Of a stretch of DNA of 64,000 bases, positions 52,292 through 64,000 are shown piece by piece; the first letter of the stretch is position 1; every line of letters begins with the position of its first letter. Made by a program: the position numbers and the translations under genes. The notes beneath the pieces are model-generated. The model saw only the letters and a list, made by a program, of their open reading frames with translations. It was not told where the DNA came from and searched no databases. The stretch is from an uncultured Planctomycetaceae bacterium (GTDB taxonomy: Bacteria; Planctomycetota; Planctomycetia; Planctomycetales; Planctomycetaceae), in contig CAWFGE010000006.1 of assembly GCA_963815195.1 (NCBI GenBank), forward strand, positions 32,001 to 96,000. The letters run 5' to 3'.

Positions 52292-53290
52292 TTACGAACG
52301 CGGAGCCATCGGCGAGAGGAATGGCTGGCGGGTTTTCTGGCTGGGGATGTTCGGCCGCGGGCTGTCGACGGGACCAAAGAAAACCAACAGGCGGCGGTCG
52401 TACTCGGCCGGATCGGTTTCGCGGGCTTTGTTGTGGTTGGCCCCGGGGACGAGCCAAAACTGATGCTTGGCGGACAGCCGGCCGGCGAGTTGATTTGCGG
52501 TTTCCCGCGGCACGTAATTGTCGGCGGAGCCGTGGATCATCAGCACGGGCTTTTTTCTAAGCCGGGGCAGTTCGCGTTCCAAATGCACATACCGGCAACG
52601 TCGGCGGCTTTGACTGATCCGGCGAACGAGCGCCAGCGTGCCCCGTACGTGCCACAGAGGGAACAAGTTCATCACCCGGCGGGAAATGTACAACTCCGCC
52701 CAGCGGAGCGTGTAGTATTCCAAAAGTCCCTCCGTCGTAAAGGCCCCCTCCACGGCCACGCGGCGAATGTCCTTCGAGCGGGCGGCGGCGGCGAGGGCGG
52801 CTCCGCCTCCCCGGCTGATTCCCACCACGCCCACGGGAAGTTCCGCCCAGTCTTCCAGGCTCTTCACATACCGCACCGCGGCGAGAACGTCCTCGACTTC
52901 GTATTCCGTCACCCAATGCAGCGGCTCGTAACCGGGAAGCGTTTCGCTTTGGCCCTGGCCGCGAAAATCGAACGCGAACAGATCAAAGCCGGCGTTCCAC
53001 AGGGCCTCGCAATAATACAAGGCCGAGGTGGAGTCGCCTTCCATCTCGGGGCAGAACACGATCACGCCGCGCGGCTCGCGAAACGGCTGCCGATATACCC
53101 GCCCCAACAGATCCAAGCCGTTCGTGGTGGGGAAGCGGACAACTTCGCCGGGTTCCTCCAGAACTTGGGGGGCCTTGCCGAAGGGCGGTTTTCGCTCGAA
53201 GACGGGCAAAATCAACCGCGCCGCCAAACAGCGCAGCGCGAGGTCGACCAGCAATCCGCCCAATAGAATGATCGACAGAGTCCACGCCAC
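52292..53290 (-). CDS. Membrane-anchored alpha/beta hydrolase
   Basis: N-terminal TM; FDFRGQGQS, GISRGG nucleophile elbow, IHGSAD, GANHN. Confidence 0.88.
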   Translation of the reverse strand: MAWTLSIILLGGLLVDLALRCLAARLILPVFERKPPFGKAPQVLEEPGEVVRFPTTNGLDLLGRVYRQPFREPRGVIVFCPEMEGDSTSALYYCEALWNAGFDLFAFDFRGQGQSETLPGYEPLHWVTEYEVEDVLAAVRYVKSLEDWAELPVGVVGISRGGGAALAAAARSKDIRRVAVEGAFTTEGLLEYYTLRWAELYISRRVMNLFPLWHVRGTLALVRRISQSRRRCRYVHLERELPRLRKKPVLMIHGSADNYVPRETANQLAGRLSAKHQFWLVPGANHNKARETDPAEYDRRLLVFFGPVDSPRPNIPSQKTRQPFLSPMAPRS

Positions 53291-54066
53291 CGATTTCCTC
53301 TCCCCAGGTGAATCTCTCGGAATATTCAGCACGCAGGGTGCCAGGTTATGTCTTGCCCCAAGCATAGCACGTTTTTTGGCACGCGGTCTGCTTGCGCGCG
53401 AAGGAATCGGACGCCGTGATCCAATGGCCCGCAGAAAGAGTGGACGGACTTTCCGCTTTCGGTTGACCGTGTGGTTTTCGCCTTGGGCTAGTTTTCGGCC
53501 AAACCCCGCGCCCAGTTTGGGGCATCTTGTCACGGGGCAAAGAAAACCGCGGCCCATTGGAGAAGACCAGCGGTCAGGCAAACTGCGAAAAAACGTCGGC
53601 CCATAGCGAACAGGGTTCGGCTTGTTCCCCGAGGGTTACGCAGGCACGGAATCTCGCAAGCTCGCATCCGAAAACAGAAAATCCAGATCCGCGGCGGCGG
53701 GCAAACGCGCCGCTCACCCGAGGGAACTTGGTCGAACCGCCGGGGATCGGAAATGGGCGGAATTTGGCCCGCGAAACATTGGAGTAGGTGCAGGATGAAT
53801 GGGAGAGAAAAAACATCAAGTCCGATTTATTTGTCCTTTAGGGATTTTCACGAAAAATCTTTCTCATTTCCCGGGCGGGAAATTCCCTTGACGATCCGCG
53901 GCACACGTCGCGCGGCGGTTGCGTGTTGAGAAGCGCGTTTTGCCCTCCGGTTTGACAACGTATCGACTTCCGTTTATAGTCAACCCTTACAGATCATCGG
54001 CGTACGCGTTAAGGCCTTTTTTTACCGCGGCTCCGTTCCCCACACTCGTCAATTTGGAGATTCCCG

Positions 54067-55531
54067 ATGTTAGTCATTCGTGGTGGCGTTGGACGGGACA
54101 CGTGCGATGGGATTTCCCGCCGGAATTTGCTGCGGGTGGGTGGCTCGGCGATTGCCGGGCTGAGCCTGGCGAATTTGATCGAAGCCGACCGCGCAGGCGG
54201 ACGAATCCGAAGGTCGTTACGGCGGTCCCGGCTTCGGCAAAGCCAAGAGCGTGATTCTGCTCTATCTCCAAGGGGGTCCAAGCCATTTGGACTTGTGGGA
54301 TCCCAAGGAAAACGTGCCGGATAACGTGAAGAGTGTTTTCAAGAACGTCTCCACCAAACTGCCGGGCGTGCAGTTCACCGAAAACCTGCCCAAGTTGGCC
54401 CAGGTCAACGACAAATGCACGATGATCCGCTCGATGAGCTACACGCCGATCGGGTTGTTCAATCACACGGCCGCGATTTATCAGATGCTCACGGGCTACA
54501 CCGCCGACAAGGTCAGCCCCTCCGGACAGTTGGAACCGCCCAGCCCGAAGGACTTTCCGAACTTCGGCTGCAATATCATCAAGCTCAAGCCGCCCACCGC
54601 TCCGATGCTGCCTTACGTGATGATGCCCCGGCCGCTCCAGGAAAGCAGTGTGATCGGCAAGGCGGGCACGGCCGGCTTTTTGGGCCGGGCTTACGATCCG
54701 TATTATCTCTACCCTCCGGGCGATGATATGGACATGAAGAAGATGGAGAAGATCAACGTGGACGACCTCACGCTGCGTCCCGAGATTTCGCTGTCGCGGC
54801 TCGAACGCCGGGCTCGATTGCGGGATCAGATCAACTCCAGCCTGCACGAGTTGGAGCAAGCCGTCTCTAAATACGACCTGAATGAATATTACGACAAAGC
54901 CTTGGGGCTGGTGCTGTCCGGCAAGGCCCGCGAAGCCTTCAACCTGGGGGCCGAGTCGAAAGAGCTTCGCGAGAAATACGGCAACAACACCTTCGGGCAA
55001 AGCTGCCTGTTGGCCCGGCGATTGATCGAAGCCGGGACCCGCGTGGTCGAAGTCAACTGGCCGAAGGTCGCCAACTCGGACAACCATTCCTGGGATGTGC
55101 ACTCCGGTTTGACGAAGCGGATGAAGGACCAGTCCGCCCCGATGCTCGATGCCGCTCTGTCGGCTCTGCTCGCGGACATGGATGAACGCGGGATGCTCGA
55201 AGACACGCTGGTGGTCGCGGTCGGCGAATTCGGCCGCAGCCCGAAGCGCGGCGTGAGCACCTCCGGCAACAGCAACAGCGACGATGGCCGCGATCACTGG
55301 CCTTACTGCTACACGTCCGTCGTCGCCGGCGCCGGCGTCAAACGCGGCTTCGTGCACGGCAAGTCCGACAAGACCGCCTCGGCTCCCATCGAGAACCCGG
55401 TGCATCCCAACGACCTGCTCGCGACGATCTACCACAGCGTCGGCCTCAACCCCCGCCGCACGATCTACAACCATCTCAACCAACCCCGCGAAATGGTCAA
55501 AGCCGACGCGATTACGGACATTCTCTCCTGA
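54067..55531 (+). CDS. DUF1501 family protein (apparent frameshift near 54180-54230)
   Basis: [13 protein letters not shown] leader; [30 protein letters not shown]. Confidence 0.92.
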
Positions 55532-55564
55532 CGCGGACCGGCTCCCAAAGCGTCGATTATCACT

Positions 55565-55722
55565 CAAACTGTAAGCGTGCGGGTGGCTGGGGCGCAAATC
55601 CCCTTTGAATAAGGCTTAAATTGCGAATGCTGGGGCTGTCACCGGGCGAGAAACACCTGACACGGCCCCAGATCTCCAATCTCCTTTTTCCTCGGAACAC
55701 TCCTTTGCGCCCAGCCACCCCC
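55565..55722 (-). repeat. ~155-bp MITE/REPIN-like element (copy 2)
   Basis: Reverse complement aligns by eye along the full length of 34228..34387, including the interior. Confidence 0.75.
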
Positions 55723-55957
55723 TCCACTTTCGACTTGCAGTTTGAGGATGATAACAAATCCCTTCTCCCTTCGGGCGCGCCGTTCCGGGTGGCCAAAGAC
55801 CGGATAGGGTGCGCTCCGCGCCCGGCCCATTATCCCATCCGTAACTCCATCCGCCCGCGTGCATGTTTCGGACGCGGCGGTTAGAATGAAGGTGTGATAA
55901 CTTCCCGCCTGAATCTTCACGCCTTCAACCTCGCGGTTTGCTCATCGGAATGACCTC

Positions 55958-58348
55958 ATGAGACGCGAATTCTGGTTTTGCCTTTCGATACTCGTTTTCG
56001 TCTCTCCGAGCTTCGCTCAAACTCCTGCGAAGGCCGAGAAGCATTCGCCGTCAAAACCGGCAACCCTGGCGATTGATTTCGATCGGCACATCCGCCCGAT
56101 TCTGTCCGATGCCTGCTACGCCTGCCACGGACCGGATAAGAACGCCCGCGAATCGAACCTTCGCCTGGACACGCGGGCCGGGGCTTTTGCCGATTTGGGG
56201 GGCTATCGCGCGATCGTGCCCGGCCGGCCGGAGAAAAGCGAACTCATCCGCCGGTTGGAAAGCGACGATGAAAACGAAAAAATGCCCCCGCCCGCGGCCC
56301 ATCAAAAAATCACTCCGGGGCAAATCGAACTGATCCGAAAATGGATCGCCGCCGGCGCCGACTGGCGGGAACACTGGTCGCTGATCCCGCCCCAGCGAAT
56401 GCCGCCGCCTGGCGTCAAACACAATGCCTGGCCGCGGAACGCGATCGACGCCTTCATCCTGGCCCGCTTGGAACGCGAAGGTTTATCGCCGTCGCCTCCT
56501 GCACGGAATGAAACTCTGCTCCGCCGGGTCACGCTCGATCTCACCGGCCTGCCGCCCACGCTTCGAGAGTTGGAAGCCTTTCTCGCGGATGATTCTCCGG
56601 ACGCTTATGAGAAGGTGGTCGATCGCCTGCTCGCTTCGCCGCGGTATGGGGAGCATTTCGCGCTCGAATGGCTGGACGCGGCCCGCTATTCCGACTCCAA
56701 CGGCTATCAGCAGGAACGCACTCGCACGCTGTGGCCTTGGCGGGACTGGGTCGCCCGAGCCTTTAACAGCAACATGCCCTACGATCAATTTACGGTCGAG
56801 CAACTCGCCGGCGATTTGCTGCCCAACCCGACGACCGAGCAGCTCGTCGCGACGGGGTTTCATCGCAACCACATGCTCAACGGCGAAGGCGGGCGGATCG
56901 CGGAGGAATCCCGCGTGGAATACGTCGTGGACCGCGTGGAGACGACGGGAACCGTCTGGCTGGGGCTGACCGCCGGCTGCGCCCGCTGCCACGATCATAA
57001 ATTCGACCCCTTGACGCAAAAAGAGTTCTACGGGCTCTATGCGCTGTTTAACAGCATCGATGAAACCGGCAGCGTGGACCGCGGCGGCAACGCGAACCCC
57101 GTGCTGCCCCTCCCCACGCCCGACGAACAAGCTCGCCGCAAGAAACTCGAAACGGAACGCAAGGCTCTTGAGCAGGAGCTCAAAGGGGCGAATGAGGAGC
57201 AAAAGAAAGACATCCAAAAACAACTCGACCAAAACAAAAAATCCCTCGATGGCCTCAACAAGTCGGTCCTGGAAACCATGATTATGCGGGAGCGAAAAGA
57301 CCCCCGGCAGACCTACCGCTTAAAACGCGGCCAATGGGACCAGCCGGATAAGTCGGAAGAGATTCCGCCCGGAGTGCCGGCTTGCTTCCCGCCCTTGCCC
57401 AACGAGGCGCCGCGAAATCGGTTGGCGTTGGCGAAATGGCTCGTGGCTCCGAATCACCCTTTGACGGCGCGGGTGGCGGTCAATCGCGCCTGGCAGCATT
57501 TCTTCGGCACCGGACTCGTCAAGACCGCGGAGGATTTTGGAACACAAGGCGAGCGGCCGAGCCACCCGGAACTCATGGATTGGCTTGCCACAGAATTTGC
57601 CGGCCAGTGGGATCTCAAAGCTCTGCATCGCTTAATCGTCACCAGCGCCGCCTACAGGCAGTCTTCTCATGTCACGCCAAAACTGCAGGAACGCGATCCC
57701 GAAAACCGCCTGTTAGCCCGCGGGCCTCGGTTTCGCTTGTCTTCGTTGGCGCTCAGGGACCAGGCCTTGTTTCTGTCCGGGCTATTCGTCGAGAAACAAG
57801 GCGGTCCGCCGGTGAAGCCTTATCAACCCACCGGCGTCTGGCTCGATCTGACGTTGGGAAAAATCAAATACGAGCAAGACCACGGCGACAAGCTGTACCG
57901 GCGGAGCCTGTATACCTTTTGGCGGCGGTCGGTGGGGCCGACGATGTTCTTCGACACCCCGGCTCGGCAGGTTTGCACCGTCCGCCAGGCCCGCACGAAT
58001 ACGCCGCTGCATGCGCTGACCCTCATGGACGACATCACATATTTGGAGGCGGCCCGGTTGTTTGCCGAAAGACTATTTAACGAAGCCGGCGACACCCCGG
58101 AAGACCGCCTCAGTTGGGCCTTCCGGCTGGCGACCTCCCGTTATCCCACAGATAAAGAACTCAAAACATTGCTCTCCATTCTGGAGACGGTGAGAGGCAA
58201 GTATCAAAAAGATCCCACCGCCGCGAAACAGCTCTTGGAAGTCGGCGAGGCCCCGCGAGATTCAAGCCTTAATGAAACCGAACTCGCAGCGTACACGGCC
58301 GTGGTGAATGTGATCCTCAACCTCGATGAAGTCCTCACGAAAGAATAG
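55958..58348 (+). CDS. Planctomycete cytochrome c + DUF1549 + DUF1553 (PSCyt/PSD1) protein
   Basis: CYACH and CARCH heme motifs; [40 protein letters not shown]. Confidence 0.95.
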   Translation: MRREFWFCLSILVFVSPSFAQTPAKAEKHSPSKPATLAIDFDRHIRPILSDACYACHGPDKNARESNLRLDTRAGAFADLGGYRAIVPGRPEKSELIRRLESDDENEKMPPPAAHQKITPGQIELIRKWIAAGADWREHWSLIPPQRMPPPGVKHNAWPRNAIDAFILARLEREGLSPSPPARNETLLRRVTLDLTGLPPTLRELEAFLADDSPDAYEKVVDRLLASPRYGEHFALEWLDAARYSDSNGYQQERTRTLWPWRDWVARAFNSNMPYDQFTVEQLAGDLLPNPTTEQLVATGFHRNHMLNGEGGRIAEESRVEYVVDRVETTGTVWLGLTAGCARCHDHKFDPLTQKEFYGLYALFNSIDETGSVDRGGNANPVLPLPTPDEQARRKKLETERKALEQELKGANEEQKKDIQKQLDQNKKSLDGLNKSVLETMIMRERKDPRQTYRLKRGQWDQPDKSEEIPPGVPACFPPLPNEAPRNRLALAKWLVAPNHPLTARVAVNRAWQHFFGTGLVKTAEDFGTQGERPSHPELMDWLATEFAGQWDLKALHRLIVTSAAYRQSSHVTPKLQERDPENRLLARGPRFRLSSLALRDQALFLSGLFVEKQGGPPVKPYQPTGVWLDLTLGKIKYEQDHGDKLYRRSLYTFWRRSVGPTMFFDTPARQVCTVRQARTNTPLHALTLMDDITYLEAARLFAERLFNEAGDTPEDRLSWAFRLATSRYPTDKELKTLLSILETVRGKYQKDPTAAKQLLEVGEAPRDSSLNETELAAYTAVVNVILNLDEVLTKE

Positions 58349-58357
58349 GTTCCTTAT

Positions 58358-58457
58358 CAGCCGGCACGCGCGAGCGTCCGGTTCAGCGATACGAGAAAAC
58401 CGGGGCGGACCACCCTGCGGGCGGTGCCCCCCTGCGGGCGGTGCCCCCCTGCGGCTA
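58358..58457. repeat. REP-like palindrome with a tandemly duplicated end (CCTGCGGGCGGTGCCCC x2)
   Basis: Direct reading. Confidence 0.6.
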
Positions 58458-58487
58458 TTCTAGTTTTTTTCACTCACAGGCTTCGTA

Positions 58488-59961
58488 ATGTCCGTCCCGA
58501 ACGAGAATATCCAATCGGCTAAACAAGAACTGCTCAGGCGCGAGTTTCTTACATCGAGCGGCATGGGTCTCGGGGCTTTGGCTCTCGGGAGTTTGCTAAA
58601 CCGGGATGCGAGCCGCGGCCACGTCGAGCCAATCGAATCCTGGTCTCAAAGATTTGCCCCATCTTGCGCCGCGGGCGAAGCGGGTGATTTATCTGATGCA
58701 ATCGGGGGCGCCGTCGCATGTCGATCTGTTCGACTATAAGCCGATCCTCGAAAAACGCCGGGGCGAAGAGATTCCCGAATCGATTCATAAAGACCAAAAG
58801 CTGTCCACGATGACGGCGGGCAAAGGCAAACCGTGTTTGGGGGCGATTGCTCCGTTTAAGCAGCATGGGGAATGCGGGGCGTGGGTCAGCGATTTTCTGC
58901 CGCATCTCGGCCAGATCGTGGATGATGTGTGCTTCGTGAAATCCATGAAGACCGAAGCGGTCAATCACGCGCCCGCGATGACGTTTCTCTTGACCGGGGC
59001 CGAGCAACCGGGCCGGCCGAGCATGGGGGCCTGGCTGTCTTATGGGCTCGGCAGCGAGAACGACAACCTGCCCACGTACTGCGTGATGACGTCCCGCGAC
59101 CGCGAAGGGACCTGCGGGCAGTTGTTCTATGATTTTTACTGGGGCAGCGGGTTTCTGCCGACGAAATATCAAGGCGTCAAGTTCCGCGGCGGCGGGGACC
59201 TGGTGCTGTATCTCTCCAATCCGCCGGGAATGACGACGGAAATCCGCCGCGACCTATTGGACGGCCTCGCCAGGATGAATTCCCTAAAATACCAAGCCGT
59301 GGGCGATCCCGAAATCGCCACGCGGATCGCTCAATACGAGATGGCCTATCGCATGCAGACTTCGGTGCCTGCGCTGACGGATCTTTCGACGGAATCCAAA
59401 GCCACGCTCGATCTCTATGGCCCCGATGTGACCCGGCCGGGCTCGTTTGCCTACAACTGCTTGATCGCCCGCCGGCTGGCGGAGCGGGGCGTGCGGTTTG
59501 TGCAGTTGATGCATTCCGGTTGGGACCAGCATCAAAACCTGCCCACGCAACTCATCGAGCAATGCCGGGACACCGATCAGCCCTCGGCGGGTTTGGTTCA
59601 GGATCTTAAACAGCGCGGCTTGCTCGATGAGACGCTGATCATCTGGGGCGGCGAGTTCGGTCGAACCCCCTTCGGGCAAGGCGATATCAACAACAAGAAA
59701 AAGCACGGCCGCGATCATCATCCCTATTGCTACACCACCTGGATGGCCGGCGGCGGCGTGAAGCCCGGCCACAGCCACGGCGAAACTGATGAATACGGCT
59801 ACAACGTCGTCAAGGATCAAGTCCACATCCACGACCTGCAAGCCACGATTCTCTATCTATCAGGCATCGAGCACGAGCGGTTGACGTTCAAGTTCCAAGG
59901 CCGGCATTTCCGACTGACCGACGTGCACGGCCGCGTCGTGCAGGAGCTATTGAAGAGCTAA
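58488..59961 (+). CDS. DUF1501 family protein with a Tat-like leader (apparent frameshift near 58605-58620)
   Basis: LRREFL leader; GAPSHVDLFDYKP, WDQH, GEFGRTP, GRDHH. Confidence 0.92.
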
Positions 59962-60076
59962 TACGATGCCTGGCTGCGAAATTGGGCCTGCGCGGAGAAA
60001 GTATTGAAATCTCCGCTCGCGGGCGACATAGTGGAAAGGAGGGCCGTTTCTTTCTGATGGGAAGGATCGATTGTTG

Positions 60077-61518
60077 ATGGCGGATGAATCGGAACCGAAA
60101 CCTCGCGGTTTGTGGGACGTGATGCGGCAACAGGGAGGCTCCGCATCGTCCGAGGGGCGCGCGGCCGAGCGGGCGTCGTCCGTCGCCGCCGACGAAGACA
60201 CCGAACAGCCGCAGTCCGGGGGCAAAGGTTTGTGGGAGTTGATGGGCGTTGCCTCGCCGCCGGTTCCCGAGGTTCCCCAGGCAGAGCCCGGCTTGGAGGA
60301 CCAAGAAGCCGCGCCGCCGCCCGCCTGGTTTCGCCGCAAGAGCGAAAACGATCTCCTCGCGGAAAGCGAATCCTCCACGCCGGCTGCCTCGGACGAGGTG
60401 GAAGAAGAGGACTGGACCGAAGAGGCCGCTCCCGAACCGGAGGAGGAAGTCGAGCTGGAAGCTGACGACCCGGAGGAGCCATACGCCGAACCGCCGATGC
60501 CGGCATTGGCGGAGCCGGTCCCGTTTTTTGTCACGGATTCCGAATCACCCGTGGCGGCGAAGTTGGCAAACATTGAGGTCAAAACCGGCCGCTCGCGGGG
60601 GGCGATGCTCAGCCTGTTGGTGGGATTGTTCGCCGTGCCATTGACGCTCTTGGCCGCGATGCCGGACGTCTGGACGCGAATCCCGCCGGCGCTGTTGGGT
60701 TTTGGGGCGCCGTAATAGGGCTGATTTCCTTTAATGAAATCCAACATTCGCGCGGCCGGCAAACCGGCGCGGGCTTCGCCATCGCCGGGATGATTTTGGG
60801 CACGCTGGCGATGTTCCTGGGGCCCTTGGTCATCGCCCCCTGGAGCGCCAAACAGCGGAAAGCCAGCGGGCGGGAGGTGACGCAATCGCATCTGAAAGAC
60901 ATCGGCCGCGGTCTCAATGAATATCACCAGCAGTTTCACGAATATCCCGCCGGCAGCACGTATCTCGTCGAAGAATCCGGCAACGAAATCGCCCTGCACA
61001 GTTGGATGACCGAACTCTTGCCATACATCGGACAGCAAGCGGCCTATCGTCAAATCGACCGGAGCAAACCGTGGGACGGCGGGTCGAACAAAGCCCCGCT
61101 CACCAAAGAGGTCCCCGCCTACCTGGCGGGCGGCGTGCAGGAGAAATATAACACCCGAGGCTACGCCCTCGCGCATTTCTCCGGCGTTGGCGGGCAGATG
61201 ACAATCGACGGCGGCAGCGTCGCCAATGTCGGGATTTTCGACCGCAGTTCCCAAGTCCGCCAGAGCGATATTCTCGACGGCCTGTCGCAAACCCTGGTCG
61301 CGGGGGAAATCGCCCAAAACTATCGCCCCTGGGGCGAACCGGGCAACTGGCGGACCGTGGGCGAAGGCCTGAACCGCGACAGCACCAGCTTCGGCAACGC
61401 CCAGCGCACGGGGGCTTTGTTCCTGCATGCCGACGGCTCGGTGAAGTTCTACTCCAACACCGTCTCCGCCGACGTCTTAAAACGCCTGAGCACCCGCGAC
61501 GGGGAAGACAACCGCTGA
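60077..61518 (+). CDS. Acidic disordered N-terminus + DUF4190-like TM hairpin + DUF1559-like domain (apparent frameshift near 60710)
   Basis: SRGAMLSLLVGL and TGAGFAIAGMILG (DUF4190-like); HLKDIGRGLNEYH, HSWMTELLPYI, FLHADGSVKF. Confidence 0.78.
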
Positions 61519-61519
61519 T

Positions 61520-62536
61520 TCACGCCAGGCCGCGGCGTTTGAGCTCGGCGACGACGTTTTGAACGATGGCGCTGACGTCCGCCGGCTCGAGCGTTTCGTC
61601 TTGCGGCACCGGGCAGCCGCCGACGGGTTGATCCGTAAAGCCATGCTCGGAGAGCAAACACTGCAACGTCCGGCTGAGCGCGGCGAGGTCGGTCTGCTGC
61701 TCGGCCGAGAGTGGTTGCCGGCCGCGGCCCATGCGGAAGCCGCGCAGCTCCACCGCCGCCCGGAAGCCTTCGGGAAACTCGGCGGAGTAGATCATCGTGT
61801 CGAACAGGTTCACGAGGTCGTATTGGATTTTGCGGGCCTCGTCGAGCCGGATCGATTTGGTGCAGTCGTAAAGTTTTCGCGTGAGTTCGGGAACGACTCC
61901 GGAGCTGGCGTTTGTGCCCCCGTCGCAGCCGATGAGCATCATCGGCATCAGGGCCGCGTCCCAGCCGGTGAGGAACGAGAAGTCCGGCCGGTGCGGGCGG
62001 ACGGCCCGGATCATGCGGATCATGTGCGGCAAATCGCCGGAGGAATCCTTGATGGCCACGATCCGCGGGCATTCCTCGGCGAGCCTTTGCACCGTGGGCA
62101 CATCGATGGGGCTCGCGAACATGGGGATGTTGTAGAGCGTGACGTCCACGGGCGTGTGGTCGCCGATCTCCTTGAAGTAGGCGTACACCGAAGCCGGGCT
62201 GAGTTTGTAATAAAACGGAGCCACGATCGCGACGGCCCGCACGCCGATCTCGGCGTAATACTCGCAGGCCGCGAGAGTCTCCTTGACGTTCGCTTCCGCG
62301 GCCCCGGCGAGGATCGGGACTCGGCCGGCGGTCTGGTCGGCGATGATCGCCACGATCCGCCGGCGTTCTTCCGGCGTGAACCGCGTGAACTCGCCGGTGG
62401 ACCCGTTGGGATAAAGCCCGTGCACGCCGCGCTCGATCAACCAATCCACATACCGCCTCAGTTCGGATTCGTGGATGTTGCCTTGGTTGTCGTAGGGAAC
62501 AAGGTTGGGCGTGAAAATGCCTTCAAGTCGGTTCAT
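61520..62536 (-). CDS. DHDPS/N-acetylneuraminate lyase-family aldolase with a C-terminal amphipathic extension
   Basis: NGSTGEF, LYNIP, IKDSSGD (Schiff-base Lys). Confidence 0.9.
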   Translation of the reverse strand: MNRLEGIFTPNLVPYDNQGNIHESELRRYVDWLIERGVHGLYPNGSTGEFTRFTPEERRRIVAIIADQTAGRVPILAGAAEANVKETLAACEYYAEIGVRAVAIVAPFYYKLSPASVYAYFKEIGDHTPVDVTLYNIPMFASPIDVPTVQRLAEECPRIVAIKDSSGDLPHMIRMIRAVRPHRPDFSFLTGWDAALMPMMLIGCDGGTNASSGVVPELTRKLYDCTKSIRLDEARKIQYDLVNLFDTMIYSAEFPEGFRAAVELRGFRMGRGRQPLSAEQQTDLAALSRTLQCLLSEHGFTDQPVGGCPVPQDETLEPADVSAIVQNVVAELKRRGLA

Positions 62537-62822
62537 AGCGGTTCTGGGGATCGTGAGGGGTGGTCTGATTTCGTCCGCGGCTCTTGGAAGCGCTACCATC
62601 GCGGTGCGATGGGCGACTTTCCCGTGTGTTTTCAGCATACCATCCCCGCGGGATTTCGCACCTCACCCGGCTTCGCAAATCGGCAATCTTTGCGAGATGG
62701 AAACGAATACTCCCACCGAAACACGACACCAGTCCTGGGATCCCGATGATCGGCACAGCCGTTCTGATTGCTTTCCAACGCAACTTCCCCCGGAAGCGAT
62801 TCAGAACTCAAAGCGAATCGAT

Positions 62823-63074
62823 TCAGAACGGGTCGTTCTTTCCTGACAGCAATTCGATTTGGACGCGGCCGGCTTCGGACTTGCGGAGGGAAATCCGATA
62901 GCCGCGGACCGAGTATTCGATGGGATCACCCAACGGGGCAAAGCCCAGGAGTTCGATTTCCTCGCCATCGGTCAGCCCCATCTCCATCAGGCGGATGGCG
63001 ATGCCGTCGTCGCCGAGGACGTCCAAAATCCGCGCGCGTTGTCCCACAGCGGTCAGCGAATCGAGCGTGGCCAT
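62823..63074 (-). CDS. feoA: Ferrous iron transport protein A
   Basis: RLMEMGLTDGEEI...APLGDPIEYSVRGYRISLRKSEA. Confidence 0.92.
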   Translation of the reverse strand: MATLDSLTAVGQRARILDVLGDDGIAIRLMEMGLTDGEEIELLGFAPLGDPIEYSVRGYRISLRKSEAGRVQIELLSGKNDPF

Positions 63075-63088
63075 GTTTCCGTTCTTCC

Positions 63089-63370
63089 TTAAGGCGTGTG
63101 AGTGTCCGCAACCTCCACCAGCACCGAAGCAGAGCCTTCGATGCGCAGCGACATGCGGTGGTTGTTGACCGCGACGAGGCACGGCGTTCCGGGACGGATC
63201 ATGCGGATCGCGGCCCCTTCGCGAATCCCCATCTCGGCCAGGCGATGCGTGAGGCTCTCGCTGCCTTCCACGGAATGGATCGCACCCTCTTCGCCTGCCT
63301 GCAAAAGCTCCAACGGAATCACCTGGGACAACGCCTCGCTCCTTGGGGAAATCGTCGCCGATGTCTGCAA
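63089..63370 (-). CDS. feoA: FeoA-family protein (second copy)
   Basis: IPLELLQAGEEG...HRLAEMGIREGA...PGTPCLVAV. Confidence 0.8.
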   Translation of the reverse strand: MQTSATISPRSEALSQVIPLELLQAGEEGAIHSVEGSESLTHRLAEMGIREGAAIRMIRPGTPCLVAVNNHRMSLRIEGSASVLVEVADTHTP

Positions 63371-63483
63371 ACGGCTGACTTTTTTGCAAGCCCCGGGTTT
63401 CTGGTCATCCTCTTCACCCGAAGGGCTTCCCGCCGATGTGTGAGAACCGGCCGGCTGACATCGGCCGCTCCTCGCCTTGTTTC

Positions 63484-64000
63484 CTACTTCGCGGCGGTTT
63501 TGTCTTGGGTTAAGGGGACCGGGGTGAAGGTTTTGACGAGTTTTCCCGACTCGGCATCGTACAACCGCACTTGGCCGTCGAAGCCGCCGACGGCGACCTG
63601 TTTGCCGTCGGGCCGATAGGCGACGGCGAAGATCGGGCCTTCGATTTCGGGAAGTTCGTGCAGGAGCTTGCCCGTGTCGGTCTCGTAAATCCGGGCCGAC
63701 CCGCCGGTGGCGGTGCTGGCTCCAACGACGAAGCGGCTGCCGTCTTTGTTGAATTCGAGATCGAAGATCCGGCCGGGCAGTCTTTCGTAGCTGCGGATGC
63801 GGTTGAAGTCGTCGCCGATCTTGCGGGCCTGCGTGCGGAAGATTTTATAGAGCTTGGGTTCCCCGTCCGCGCCGCCGGTGAGGACTTCTTCCTTCGCGGG
63901 ATGCCGCTCGACATCGACCAGCCCGCCCTTGAGCTCCCCCGGCGTGATGCTCGTGATGTTGTCCACGAACTGGGCGTTCTCCACGATGACGAGCTTCATC
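63484..64000 (-). CDS. WD40-repeat protein, C-terminal part (starts beyond the window)
   Basis: LTGGADGEPKLY, IFAVAYRPDGKQVAVGGFDGQVRLYD. Confidence 0.85.
   Translation of the reverse strand, partial: MKLVIVENAQFVDNITSITPGELKGGLVDVERHPAKEEVLTGGADGEPKLYKIFRTQARKIGDDFNRIRSYERLPGRIFDLEFNKDGSRFVVGASTATGGSARIYETDTGKLLHELPEIEGPIFAVAYRPDGKQVAVGGFDGQVRLYDAESGKLVKTFTPVPLTQDKTAAK

Overview
High-GC bacterial DNA, almost certainly from a planctomycete (DUF1559, DUF1501, PSD1/PSCyt cytochrome, planctomycete-type ECF sigma factor, H4MPT-pathway gene). Most of the window is ordinary metabolic or planctomycete-specific content (glgC, ROK kinase, sulfatase, metY, rodA/ftsW, feoA pair). There is a small accessory islet with a type II R-M pair, an SMI1/KNR4 protein and a low-GC ORF, plus a kinase followed by a TIR-FHA gene. 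The standout is an ~11 kb co-directional cluster (37756-48875) encoding what looks like a doubled bacterial ubiquitin-like conjugation system. It has a UBC-type E2 (HPN...C), a YbjN/CesT-like protein, a Ubl with a short C-terminal extension, a JAB peptidase and an Mpa/ARC-like AAA+ ATPase. These are followed by two tandem Gly-terminated Ubls, a family-D-like E2, a second JAB, a ThiF E1, an FHA-like/RING-like zinc-finger protein and a second E1. A divergent HTH regulator lies upstream. About 13 single-base frameshifts in otherwise intact genes point to uncorrected indel errors in the assembly. Several families of REP-like palindromes fill the intergenic spaces. All family assignments are by-eye motif recognition; no database search was run.
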